In this document: in pieces, positions 1-12,660 of the stretch
Position numbering within the stretch: the first letter of the stretch is position 1
Layout of the letters: every line of letters begins with the position of its first letter
Notes under the pieces: generated by a model
What the model saw: only the letters and a program-made list of their open reading frames with translations
Databases searched by the model: none
What the model was told of the DNA's origin: nothing
NCBI GenBank assembly: GCA_973895155.1
Contig: OZ316894.1
Coordinates: 25,046,709 to 25,110,708, forward strand
Length of the DNA stretch: 64,000 bases
Source of the DNA: Marsupella aquatica
Lineage: Eukaryota; Plantae; Marchantiophyta
Direction of reading: 5' to 3'
Program-made: the position numbers and the translations under genes

Positions 1-2212
1 TGATCAACACTTGGCTTGGAGTTGGGATATTGGATATTTAGAAAACACTAGCCTATCTGTCACTGTTGCCTTCCGCACCTGTTTCCTTCCCCACCTATTT
101 CCTCACCCCAAAACTTGCAGTCACCCAAGGTTATGGTCTAGAGACTTCACTCTAGACCATAGGATCCAACGTGTAGATTTTGATTGGGAATTATTAGTTA
201 GATTGAGGTCAGGTTCAGAAGCCCAACAAACTTGATTTCGTGAGAGGCTAGATCAACAACAACTCAACTCACAAGTACAAGGCAGCTGGGTTTGTATTCT
301 AGAATTAAGGCACACCATAAACTAAAATTTCCCTCTCTATGCTTTTGTTTTGGTTTTTTAAAGAAGTATCTTGCTTTGTGAGATTTACTATATTGCCGCT
401 CTGTTTCTCAGATTCCAACTATGAAACTGCTATAATGGTGAATCTATCTTCCAGTATTTTGTCTTATTCAAACTTCTTTTCTTGTGTATTTTAATTCAAT
501 GTGTCTTACCAAGGTGCATCCTTTGTATACTTTAGATTTTGAATTTAATCTGGCACCCCTCTAAACTTTTCAATCTTTCATATACTTTTGATCATCCACC
601 CTTTAACAAAGCTCATGGAAGTTCTAGTCCTTAGTGAAGAAGAAATGATCTAATTAAAGTGCACTCTTTATGTCTTTAAGTTCTACTCATAATTTTGTAT
701 CCTAAATTTATGGTTTTAATTCATTTGAGTGTCATTACCTGAGATAAGTACATAAGTATCTTTAATGGTGTATAGTATGTGTAGAACCCAATACCATAGA
801 CTTAAATTTTTACTGTTCATTATTACTTTTCTTTACATGTGTATTTTACTCTTGTATTTTATGTGCACAATTTTTCAATGTCACTCTTCCTAATCAATGT
901 CCTATTTATATTTGCCACAAAAAATTAGATCACCTGTATTTCACTAAAAAAACTTAAACTTTTTGCTAGAGGACAAATAACTTTTCATGTTCCAGGATGA
1001 ATATGCTATATTGCCGCTCTGTTTCTCAGATTCCAATTTTTACCACTCATTTCTAATTATCATGCTGCAACCTTCTTCAACCGCTGGTGAAGAAAAGTAA
1101 CTCTGGTCAACTTGGAAAGCGCAGCAATCAATATTCTGCAGCCAACCAGGAGGGCGCAAAGCGGATTGGGGCAGGAGCAAAGTAATAGACCTAAATAACC
1201 CAACATTTGTTCAGGGTTGCAAAGGTGCTGTGTTTAGAGAAGAGGGCATGGTGTGGCCATCTGATAGTGAAACCTGGTTGGATTTTGACTTCTGGATTGA
1301 TTTTACTTCGTTAACTGGAGTTATCTTGCTTCAACAGTGATGGGAAAGAATGGCAAAATAACTATATGGACGAAGATAGTGCAAATATAATAAATGTCAG
1401 TTAAAAAAATAAAATTAGGTGTTATTGTCGCCCTATAAACATATAGTCCAACTGCGGGGGAATCCACTTTCAACTTTGGGAGTCAGTGGCTAGGGCCTAG
1501 GTCCTACACCTGAAATTCGTAAAGCTCATCTTATATCCAGAGTTCTATGCGCTCTTTCACTCTATGTTGTCGTCTCTTGACCTCTGTTGCTTTTATTCCT
1601 TTGCACTTTTGGGACCTTTTTTAAGTGACTTGGTCAATTTTGGCTTTTCTGTTTAGCAGTAGAGAGCAAAGGATCGAGGGTCCCATAGAGGAATTTGTCT
1701 AGAAGGCCAAATCCCGATAGCCTAGGCCCTACTGCAAATGGCGAATGTTTGAGCCCTCTTCTGTGTAAGAGACACTAGTATATACCAAACTACAGTAGTT
1801 GTCTAAAGAAACCCTTCGAGGATTGGTCTAAGACCTATGCTCTAAACAATGACTGCAGGTGCCATAGGAAGTCTGATGGATGCTCTGGTATATGCCCAGG
1901 CCAAATCTAGACTATTCCTCATCTTGTATTTTCATGTTCTCATGCTTACCTTATGTTGGAGAAGGTCAACTGTTGAGTAAGTGCAGAGATTATTGGACTA
2001 ACAGAAACGCCAAGCCAGGAGAGAACAGCCAAACCAGGGGACAGGATCCCAAAGGCGAGGAGGAAGACATCCCAAGAAGTCCAAACAAAGAACAAAATGA
2101 AGCAACATGAGCCTCGTCACTGCTTTGAAGATGACCAGTAGAATTTTGTATAGTATATATTACACTTTCAAAGAACAAAATGCCCCGACCAACATGTGTC
2201 AGCTTTGATGTC

Positions 2213-2281
2213 ATTGCATGGGAAAGTTAGGCTTGAAGCATTTGCATGGGAAAGTTAGGCTTGAAGCATTTGCATGGAAAA
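2213..2281. repeat. 27-bp tandem repeat (~2.5 copies)
   Basis: ttgcatgggaaagttaggcttgaagca repeated head-to-tail. Confidence 0.85.
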
Positions 2282-3374
2282 GTATACCTTCTAGGTATAC
2301 CTAGAACAGTAGGCCTTTCTCTTCACGCTCACGCAAGCTTTACTAAAAGAAGTCCATGTTCCAACATGGTAGTGACTTTGAACTACTAAGAGGCTAGGGT
2401 TACTTGCACTAGATCTTCACTATTATTTGTAGGTAGGGCCAAGGTTGTTTATTTTAGGGCCTGCTAAAAATTCATCTTCGTGACCCACTTATGGAGGTTT
2501 CTGAGTCACTTTACCAACCTGATCAGTTTGCTATTCACTAGGATTTTACAGTAGGTTTTTTGTAGTTGGATTGGTTGGTCTTGATGGGGTTTTCCCTTGT
2601 TTTCTCCCGTGTATTGAGTCTCCTGCCTTTGGGATCCTGTCTACCAAGTAGACTCCTTTTGTTCCTTGGAAACATGATATACATTTGTACCAGATTCTAA
2701 CGATAACAAAAGTTCCAAATTATAAATTATTTAAAAGATTGGTGTGCTACAACTCACTGAAATATCTCCTCATTGGCTTGCTTGTTCCAAGAAGTTCTAA
2801 GAAAGCATGACCTTCAAGTACAAATTGTTAACCAACTGTCTCCATTTTGAAGGATTTTGAAAGATTCAAAACATAAGGGAGTCTTGAGTGTGCCTGCAGA
2901 ACTCCAACCCAAGACCCGTTGGCTCCCAATGAAGAGCTTCTTCCACTAAGCTACTAATATTGGGTAGTTTGGGGGACAGGCTAGTAAAAAGCTGTTCGAG
3001 CTTATTCCCAAGAAGACAGAGGCCTCTTTCCTAAGGATTCAAGATGAGACTCAGGAGAGCCTACTTCAACTATAACCTATTTACAATCCATATTAGACCT
3101 AACCAATTACCCATCCTACCTTGTCTACATTTACAACTCACACATGTCTCAGTAGATGTTTTTAGTGGCATGTTCTAGTCCTCTTTCTCATTTTTGGGGA
3201 CGAGTCTAGACAAACAAAGGGCTGTCTGCACAGGACGCCCTTGCACTCAACCAGGGAAGTACACTAAGTCAATACCGATTGGTGAAAGAACTCAAACATC
3301 AATCTATCACAATATATTGTACACTGGCCCTATTTCCCCATGTTTCCATCCTATTGGTCAATGAAGTGATCATT

Positions 3375-3460
3375 TTCATGGGTTTTAATTGTCACTATGG
3401 ACCCCATGACATTTGGTTTCATGGGTTTTAATTGTCACTATGGACCCCATGACATTTGGT
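3375..3460. repeat. 43-bp tandem duplication
   Basis: tttcatgggttttaattgtcactatggaccccatgacatttgg occurs twice in succession. Confidence 0.85.
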
Positions 3461-3783
3461 TGTGCCATGTCATTATTTAACACTAAGCCCAAACGTCTAT
3501 GTTTGGAGTTTTCATAAACATGCTCAGAAACTGTAAGACATTTTGAGAAGATGAATATCACTTTGTAAACAACAAAGAGCAGGTGGGATAAAAACACCAA
3601 ATATAACAATTTAAGCTACTTTTTTGACACACAAAAATAATTAATTTCTAAATATTCTATCATTCCCTTGAAATTCTAATGAATAGTAATCCTTAAAATC
3701 TTCCCATAATTGTGAATTAAATTGCCAATGTTTTTCCATCTTGGCAATCATTGCACGTTGTGTCACAGTCCACCGGGGCATAC

Positions 3784-4068
3784 TGTAGAGGTTAACTCAG
3801 TCTTGGGTTGAACTATGGTTAGTATATTAACTAGGGTTAGAGTTCTATGTGGTGTGAGAACACACAAGAGAGTTCTCAAGAGAGAACACAGTGATATAGC
3901 AAGAGATGAGAGCTTGAAGAGATGGGAGCTATGGTGATGCTTGAGTAGACACATAACCGTTAATAAAGCTTGGTCTTCCCGTGGACGTAGCCAACCTTGA
4001 GGCGAACCACGTAACTATTGAGCACGTGTATGTTTGGAGTGTTTTTCCTGATTTGATTTTTCCCCACA
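3784..4068 (+). repeat. 5' LTR (285 bp)
   Basis: tgtagaggttaactcag...ccccaca; matches 7945-8294 except 7 transitions and two indels. Confidence 0.95.
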
Positions 4069-4069
4069 A

Positions 4070-4084
4070 TTGATATCAGAGCTC
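4070..4084 (+). promoter_or_regulatory. Primer-binding site (tRNA-iMet type, one mismatch)
   Basis: tgatatcagagc right after the 5' LTR versus canonical tggtatcagagc. Confidence 0.85.
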
Positions 4085-5238
4085 AGATTTTTTCAGTCGA
4101 TTAGGAACTCCATAGAACTTGCTTCAAGCAAAGCGAACAGCGGATGATTTCCTCTTCGAAGCGGAGCTATTGAAAGAAGATCGAACTCAATCTTCTCACA
4201 AGTGTGGAGCACACAACCAGGGGCTCATTTCAGTGAAGCAATGAAGGCTTGAGGTCAAAAATGGAAACAATTGTAAGTGACGGTTTTCAATTTACGTTAT
4301 CGGGCAAGAGATAAGGTCAATTTCTCATATCAGTCTTTTTGATTGTTCTATCGGGACTTGAAACTGAGATACGCTTGAGCGCCTTGTCTTTCTAGACGTT
4401 TCGATATCAACATCGTTGAATTCCGTCAAACGGTTGAGAAACAATCTTAATTTCAATTCTTGTTTTTTGAGCTTGAAATTTTGGCTATGGCGGATAACTT
4501 AATATCAGTCACTTTCATCAAATTGTTTCTCCCTCATTACTCCACCGTTTTGCAAGTTTTTTATATCAATCTTGATGCCCTCTAAGTCTAGTTTCTGAAT
4601 CTGAAATCAGAATTGGATTTCGTAAAAAACTGAGACGGGAATTTGAGTGAATCCGCCGAGGGGTACTTTCTGCCGTGAGTAGTTGCGACTTCCGGGGACG
4701 CGGGAGGAGGTTGAAAACTTCGAGGAGGCCTTTTAGGGCTCGACAGGGCTCGGGCAGGGGGAAGTGCCCCCTATGAAGTCCCCCACAGGGACTGTACAAG
4801 GGCGGACGGAATTTCCCAAAAATATTCTTTTCCAGAGGCTTAAATTTTTACCGAAGGTCAAAGATTCCAAGCGGCAAATAAAATCGGATCAACTTCAACT
4901 TTTGGAGAGGCGTACTTGGGGAAGCTAGGCAAGTATTGGTGTGTTCGATTCTGAAAAAGTACACTAGTGAAATCTTTGGCATAAGAGATTCCCTCGAGGG
5001 GTAATTATTTCATCTTTTACCCCCCTCTGGTCGGAGTAAACATTCTCGGCACTCGAGAGTCTATTTGAAAAACCGTTTTCAGAATTCGGAGCGTTACCTT
5101 GTGGGCTACACATAGGAGTGATCAGTTTCAAAATTCACCAACTTTCATTTTTGGCCTTATTTTCACACCCTACATCTGAGCATTCGACGTTTATATCTTG
5201 TCGGAAGGTGACTCCACACTACATTTGGCATTCTAGCG

Positions 5239-7760
5239 ATGGCGACTACTAGGATTGGAGGTCAAAGGTTTGAGGTGGAAACATTTGATGGTCGGATGGA
5301 CTATACAATGTGGAACGTAACGTGAGGGATGCACTTAGGGCGATGGGCCTAGGCAAGGTACTAAGATCTCAACCCAAGGAGATAAAAGATGATGATTGAC
5401 ATGATCTCCAAGATCAAGCGGTAAGTATTGTTGGCATGTACCTGAAAAACAATGTGAAGAAGCAGTTCGAGGAAAAAGCAACACAAACAATGACGGACTT
5501 GTTTCAAGCATTGCACAACAAGTACTACAAGAAGGAGATGTCAAACCGAATGTATGCAAGCCTGAAGCTCATGCAATTCAAAATGGATGATGGAGTCAAG
5601 ATTCAAGATCATATCGATCAGTTCAATGATCTTGTGGTTGACCTAGAGTATTTGGGGAAGAATTTGAGAGAAGAAAAGAAAGCCTTACAACTCTTGAGCT
5701 CACTACCACCTTCCTACCAATCTTTGTCTCGAGTTCTTCTATTCCGTGATAAGACAACTATATCCTACAATGATGTAGTGAGTGCCCTGTTGACCGATGA
5801 TATACAGTCTAAGCTAGTTTCTTGAGCTCATCCTACCTCAACCTCATCATCAACAACACTATTGGTAGAAAGAGGCAAAACAAGGAAGCCATCTCATGAA
5901 AATAAACGGTTTAACCCACTTCCCATGGAGCGAGGAAAGTTCCACGACCGATCCTTTGGTAGGAGGAGGTTTAGATCCAGATCTAGATCTCGATCCAAAT
6001 CACCATCCAGGTCTACTCGTGAGATAAAGTGTTGGAAGTGTGACAAAGTGGGCCACATGAAGAAGGTTTGTCGCGTCAAAGACACATTCAAACGTCAAGC
6101 CCGGGAAAGGTATGGAACTTGGCTTCCTTCTGATCAAGTGAATTTGGATGAAGAATCTATTGATGCATTGGTGACAGAATATGGAGATCCATCCTCATTT
6201 CGAGAGGTCCTAGCTTCTATGGAGAAGCAATAGTGGCAGGCGGCGATGCGCATGGAAATGAAATCACTTCATGATAACAAGACTTGGGAACTCACAAGTC
6301 TACCTAGTGACAAGCAGGCTGTTGACAGCAAGTGGGTGTATAGGAAGAAAGATGGACCCACGGAGGATGCTGAGAAGATATTTAAGGCTCGGTTGGTAGC
6401 CAAGGGTTTTACTCAATAGAAAGGTATAGACTACAATGAGATTTTTTCACCCGTAGCAAAGTATTCAACAATACGTTTACTATGTGCTCTTGTTGTTTTA
6501 TTTGATCTGGTTTTAGATCAAATGGATGTTGTCACGACATTCTTATATGGATCGTTGGATGAGGTGATTTACATGAGGCAACCAGAGGGTTTTGAGCAAA
6601 AGGGCAAGGAAAATTTGGTTTAAAGGAAAATCCTTGTATGGATTAAAGTAGAGCCCAAGGCAGTGGAACAAGCGTTTTGATGAATTTTTGAAATCGCTTG
6701 GATTTGTGCGAAGCGTGTACGATCCATGTGTTTACATCAGGCGTGTGAACAACAGAGGTTTTAAGCTTGTCATCCTTGTACTTTATGTGGATGACATGCT
6801 CATTGCAACACAGGATAGGGACAAAGTTGATAAGCTTAAGGCCCAACTCAATTTTGAGTTTAAGATGAAGGATTTGGGCACAGCCAAGAGGATACTAGGC
6901 ATGGAGATTGTTAGGGATGTTAACAAAGCCAAACTTTGGCTGACGCAGAAAAGATATGCAGAGAAGGTACTCTCAAAATTTAACATGGCAGATGCTAAGG
7001 CTGTGAGTGTTCCTTGGCAAGGCATTTTAATATTTCTGCAGCATTTTGTTCATCGGATGCGACAAAAAAAAGTTTGATGTCCAAAGTTCCTTATGAAAGT
7101 GTTGTGGGTAGTTTAATGTATCTCATGGTATGCACCCGACCAGACATAGCTTATGCCGTTAGCAAGGTAAGCAAATACATGGCAAATCCAGGAAAAGTTC
7201 ATTGGGAAGCAGTGAAATGGATTTTGCGTTACATCAGAGGTTCCACTAAGAAGGGTTTATTGTTTGATGCAGGTTCAAACAATATGAAAGTGCTTCAAGG
7301 TTATGTGGATGCAGACTACGCAGGTGATCTAGATAAGAGGAGATCAACAACTGAATATGTATTTACACTTGCTGGTGGATGCATTAGTTGGAAGTCTACT
7401 CTCCAAAAGTGTGTTGCAAAGTCTACTATGGATGTCGAGTATGTAGCGGTAGTAGAAGCAACATCAGAGACCATTTGGTTGAAAAAGCTTGTCACGAAGA
7501 TGAGCTTATCACAAGATTGTGTCTATCTTCATTGTGACAGTCAAAGTGCAATTTACACTGCCAAGAATCAAGTGATGGATGGCAGGGTAAAGCGCATTGA
7601 TGTTCGCTATCATTTCATCTGACAGACATTATCGGATGATGAGTTTGAGCTTGTCAAGATTGATGGAAAGCTTAGTCCAACGGATGCTTTTACCAAAGTA
7701 TGAGACTCCAATAGTTTTGCAAGGCATTGTAATTATTTACAAATATTGTAAATATAGAGT
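5239..7760 (+). pseudogene. copia gag-RT-RNaseH pseudogene
   Basis: Starts MATTRIGGQRFEVETFDG; Gag core in ORF 5436-5825; zinc knuckle CWKCDKVGHMKKVC; RT motifs KARLVAKG and LYVDDML; RNase H in 7014-7622; broken by frameshifts and in-frame stops. Confidence 0.92.
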
Positions 7761-7933
7761 AAACCAAGAAATATCTCTATATGAGTACTCCATCCGATGG
7801 CTTATCGGCTACGGCTTAGTTCTAGTTAACCCTTGCATTAGGGTGAGGGTCTTTTGGCCCTACTGTCTTGAACTTCCCGCGGAGGAACTTGTAAGGAAAA
7901 GACAATGTTATGAACCCTCCCAAGACGTGAGTC

Positions 7934-7942
7934 AAGGGGGAG
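7934..7942 (+). promoter_or_regulatory. Polypurine tract
   Basis: aagggggag just upstream of the 3' LTR. Confidence 0.85.
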
Positions 7943-7944
7943 TT

Positions 7945-8294
7945 TGTAGAGGTTAACTCAGTCTTGGGTTGAACTATGGTTAATATATTAACTAGGGTTA
8001 GAGTAAACCCTAGTTGAAGAGATTGGTCCTTATCTCTTCAACTTCTATGTGGTGTGAGAACACACAAGAGAGTTCTCAAGAGAGAACACACAAGAGAGCT
8101 CTCAAGAGAGAACACAATGATATAGCAAGAGATGAAAGCTTGAAGAGATGGGAGCTATGGTGATGCTTGAGTAGACACATAACCATTAATAAAGCTTGGT
8201 CTTCCCGTGGACGTAACCAACCTTGAGGCGAACCACGTAACTATTGAGCACGTGTATGTTTGGAGTGTTTTTCCTGATCTGATTTCTCCCCACA
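7945..8294 (+). repeat. 3' LTR (350 bp)
   Basis: Copy of the 5' LTR with an extra 39-bp segment and a 26-bp duplication; followed by TSD catac. Confidence 0.95.
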
Positions 8295-10338
8295 CATACG
8301 TCTATGTTTGAAGACATAAAATATTATGTCTTCACATGATATAGAGTACGTCTATGCTTGAAGACATAATAGATTATGTTCACATTATGATTATGGAGTT
8401 TTAAGGGATCCACTGCTACAGGATAGTGGGTTAGTACAATATTTAGTTTAGTTCTTGCAGGTTAGCAAAATTTTCCCGTTATGATTGAGTTCATGGTGTC
8501 ATTGTTTCACAATTAGACAATTTTTGAAAGTTGCGACAAATGAAAACAGCCAAGAATAAAAGATCCTTGGTTCCTTCCATACTTAGACAAATTTGGGGTC
8601 TAGAGATGAGAAGATTATTTTTAAAGGTTTCAATAGGGACCAAGGGCCAAAAGTAGAGGATTCATTCCATACTTAGACAAAAGAACAAAGAGAAAGGTTG
8701 AAACATCATGCAAACCCTGTGCATAGGTTTAGTGAAACATCCTAAAGACAATTCAAACCTGAACACATGAACCATATTGTATTTCACTTAGTAATTTGTA
8801 ATTTGAGCGACGATCACCATTATTCCGCAATTCCCCCAACTGTGTAGTTAGTCATTAAGCATGGTTTGACTCTAAATTTTACAGTATTTCTTATTGGTGA
8901 CAATATCAAACTACAACTCCTTGTAGTAACTTTACAAGAACATCTGACACAAAAGTGTCAAAGGGGGCCTAGATTGTAACAAAAGTTTCTATCACCTAAA
9001 TTTCTTTTGCAGGGTCCCATCAAGCATATACCTCCACTTTGTGCTAGAACAATTTTGCATTCAAGGTGAAAGATAAGTAAGAGCAGCAATGCAGCATGTG
9101 TAGGTTTGACAGTGTGGAGGTCAACTGTTGTGTTGAGACATTTACACTAAATGGAGCGGACTTATCTGAAGTTAGCAGTGGACTATGCCAGGTTTAACCT
9201 GACGGCAAGTTTACGGCTTGCCGGGCACGTAACACCATAAAATGACGGTCCCAAAATGACCAGTTTGACGTATATTCCTCGATATTCCCCCGGACTCCCG
9301 ACCCAACCCGGCTCCCGACCCGCCTGGACCCCGCCCCAGCCCACCCAAACCCGGCCTCCCGAACCCTTCCTGAACCCCTCCTGAACCCCTACCGAAATGC
9401 CTCCCGGGCCTCCCAAACCCATCCCGAACCCTGACTCCGAGAGACCGGTTTACATATTTACGGTTTGATGGGGACAATCCCCCAGTTTCACAGGCAAGGT
9501 CAATCCGGGGGACCATGTGGATTGATTGAGTAATCTTTTGCCAACTAGCCGAATTGGATCCCTGAGCAGTGGGGAGGAGTCAGTGCTAGGGGAGTAGGAG
9601 TAGCTAATCGATCATACTTTGACTGAAGCTTGGTGAAAAGAGCCAGAGTGTAAATTGTCTGTTGAGCTGTAAATGATCATGAATGAAAGTTTTCCTCTTA
9701 ATTAAGCAAGGAAAGAACATTTACTATCTACTTTAAAAGCATTATTGCATGAGCAAGGAGGGGGCCCAGGGGGTGTCCACGAACTAATTGGTTGGTGAAG
9801 GAGACAACAGGACGTCAGGACTTACGAATGGTTGGCTGTACAATGGTAGACCTAGAAAACAAAGACTCTTGATCATACCAAATCACTTTCGAATTGGTTG
9901 AATCTTGACCTTACTTTCCTACCTTTCCATGCTAATCACCATGAAGTGGTCGTTGTCATGAATCTCAATTAATCAAATCAGTTGTTTTATTCATGTTGTT
10001 TCATGATCTTAAATGGTCGATATAGAAGCCATATAGTGTTATTCCTGTTCACGGAAATAACAAATGAGAGGTCCATTACTACCAGGCCTTGCCTAAATGA
10101 ACATACATTGGTGCCATCTAGTTTTAAGGTCGACCATAAAATATTTGGGAGGCCTTATAAAACCTGAAAAGAATTTGGCCATGAAAATGTTAACAATATT
10201 CTAAGTATCCTGGTGTAAATACCGACTACTCAGGACATACATTGTTTTCAAAATGAAAAATGAAATCAGAGAATTGCCTTCCACTAAGGTAGTTCAAGGA
10301 TAAGAACATTTTCTGTGCTAAAACCACAACACAAGTCA

Positions 10339-10518
10339 AGGCCCAAATTTTTCTACAGGGGCAAAAATTAGCTAGATTCTAACAGTAGAAAAATTTGGGC
10401 CTAGAAAAACTGGCTAATGGGAGCTAGGGAAAAAAACTACAATACCAAACTTGAGCTAATTCTACAGGGGCTCAAGTTTGGTATTGTAGTTTTTTTCCCT
10501 AGCTCCCATTAGCCAGTT
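10339..10518. repeat. Two adjacent perfect inverted repeats (18-bp and 49-bp stems)
   Basis: 10339-10356 pairs with 10385-10402; 10408-10456 pairs with 10470-10518. Confidence 0.92.
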
Positions 10519-10656
10519 GCTCATCTTGTCACAGATACCATTACCCTAATTTAACAATCCTCCTAAAATCTAGGAAGTTTTGACAGTTTAAAATCTATCT
10601 ATGAAGATTATTTAAGAATCTTATTGATATCTTCTCCTCGGGAAACCAATCTTGGA

Positions 10657-10773
10657 AAAAAATTATCTTAAAAATATTCCGAGTATCTTCTACCGGGCAC
10701 AAGGTGACATTCCACACCAAAAATTATCTAAAAAATATTCCCAGTATCTTCTACCTGGCACAAGGTGACATTC
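10657..10773. repeat. ~61-bp tandem duplication
   Basis: aaaaattatct.aaaaatattcc.agtatcttctacc.ggcacaaggtgacattc occurs twice. Confidence 0.85.
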
Positions 10774-12660
10774 GCCACCCTAGCTGAACTGGAAAATCCT
10801 CAAAAACGACGCTGAGCAACGTTATACAACACTGGAATCACATACGTGATATCCGGGGTGAAACTCACGACACGGCAGCCGTCCGATTCTCGATAAAGCG
10901 TCCCACATAAAAATCAGGCAGCGTTGTGGCGTTGAGGTGGGACAACACCAAGGGCCCTAGGGGTCACGCACCCAAACGAGTCGTTCGTCCAGCCTGCGTC
11001 CCAAGGACTTCCCCGGAAGTACCGGTGCAACAACTCCTCGGCCTCCCGAGTTCCGTCCCCCCTTTTTTCTTTTGCTTTGGCTGTCGTATACCTAACAACA
11101 ACCACTTTAGTCACGCGTGCGGGACGAGCTTACGATGCCAACGGGTCGTGCGATCCGACGGCCTCCATGCACAGTCGGTTTCGCGGGCGGAGAAGTGGAC
11201 CGGACCTCGTGCACACTCAGACCCTTCCAAGGTACACCCGCGATCATCCTTCCAGTTTACTTTGCATGTGTAAAGAAACGTTGGTTGATGGCGGTGTAAC
11301 TTGACGGTGGTGTTTTTCACAGAACCATTTGCCGACTGTAATTAGTTCTGTTGACGGTCACTATTAGGGCGTACAACAGGAATACGGGCACCCCTCTTCA
11401 GGAGTCAGGACTCCTGATAGAATCATAGAATTGAGACGACCCACATTACATTGTCATACGGAAACTGTAATCTGACATGCACAGACGGACGGACGTACCG
11501 TCCTCTAAAGTACTGTACGAATAAGTCCGGAGATTGTCCACTCTGGTGGCGATCCGTCCGCACAGGAAGGATATACCGGAGAGTAATAAGGGACTGTAAC
11601 ATGGCATAGATGGATTACTTTGGACCGTTAGATCCGAATTTTATGTGAAAATTCTTCTCGTCTGGAATTGGAATAGTGCAGCGATTGATGCTGTAGTACT
11701 GTACTGTATTGTAATAAATAACTCACCGTTTTGGTTTTTGGAGGTGTGAAAGGAACAGGCGTAGGGAACGGTTTCCCGAGAGGGCTCGTCGGTAAGTGTA
11801 GGCCACACGTGCCCATGCGCTGCCCCCCCGCAGAGGGCGAGGCCCAAAGTCCAAAGAGCCTCTAGAGGGGGCACGTGGACGGATGCGGTTGGTGAAACGG
11901 AGGTTCGGGAGCGTACCTGGGGCTGGGCCAATGGGGCTGGGTCTCGGAGCCTCGCGTCCGCTCCTTGGCCGTGCATCGATCCGGCCCCAAAGGGCCGGAG
12001 GCGGGTCCGCCTGCTTGGCATCAATTTCGCGAGAAGGAGCTCATTCCTTCGGCGAAGCTGTTGTTCGAGGAAAAGCGGAGGGGAGCGAATCAAGGCAGGG
12101 CGTGGAGGCCGAAGAGTAGAAACGAGAGGGAGAGAAACAGAGAGAGACGGAGAGAGGGAATCCGCAGGTGAAGATCTCCGCTTCTATTCGTTCCGCAAAA
12201 AGGGGGAAAGGGAACGAATGAGAGACAATTTATGATTGACGGAGAGAGGAAATGATTTTGTCTTGTAATTTGCCTGTTCTGACGAGTTTGGTTTGACTCG
12301 TGGGGACGAGGAGGACGAGGAGGACGAGGAGCAGAGGAGGAACTGTGGTGTACAAAACCTCGTCCTTCATTCCCACTCATTGAACGTGTAGGCGGAGGAG
12401 GGAGTGGTAGAAATCATCTGACCGCTCTGATTTGGTCACGTCTGTTGTGATCGAGATCCTGACCCTGTAGTCAGTTGGGGTTTGTGGCAGGGAACGATAC
12501 ATAGAGGAGCACATTTGCACTCAGCGAACGGAGTTGTGGAGAAGAAGAAGACCTCCTTTCCGCTCGTGCTCTGAGAGAGTTCGTTGACGAGAGGGAGGAG
12601 CTCTGAATTTGTTCGAGTCGGAGCGGAACTTGTGGAAAGGAAATCAAGCAGTTCGTCGAG

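Larger units (their letters stand above)
3784..8294 (+). mobile_element. Ty1/copia LTR retrotransposon, decayed, lacking protease and integrase
   Basis: TG...CA LTRs at 3784-4068 and 7945-8294; 5-bp TSD CATAC (3779-3783, 8295-8299); Met-tRNA-type PBS; PPT; Gag, copia RT (YVDDML) and RNase H (YVDADYAGD, LHCDSQSAI) remnants. Confidence 0.96.

Noticed and set aside
1-3350. Possible retroelement remnants
   Set aside because: Composition is suggestive, but no diagnostic RT, Gag or endonuclease motif could be read.
9183-9516. Gly-rich minus-strand ORFs
   Set aside because: A by-product of G-run low complexity; no domain or splice support.
10914-12380. Overlapping short ORFs upstream of GAPN
   Set aside because: GC-rich promoter/5' UTR-like DNA with open frames on both strands and no recognisable protein.
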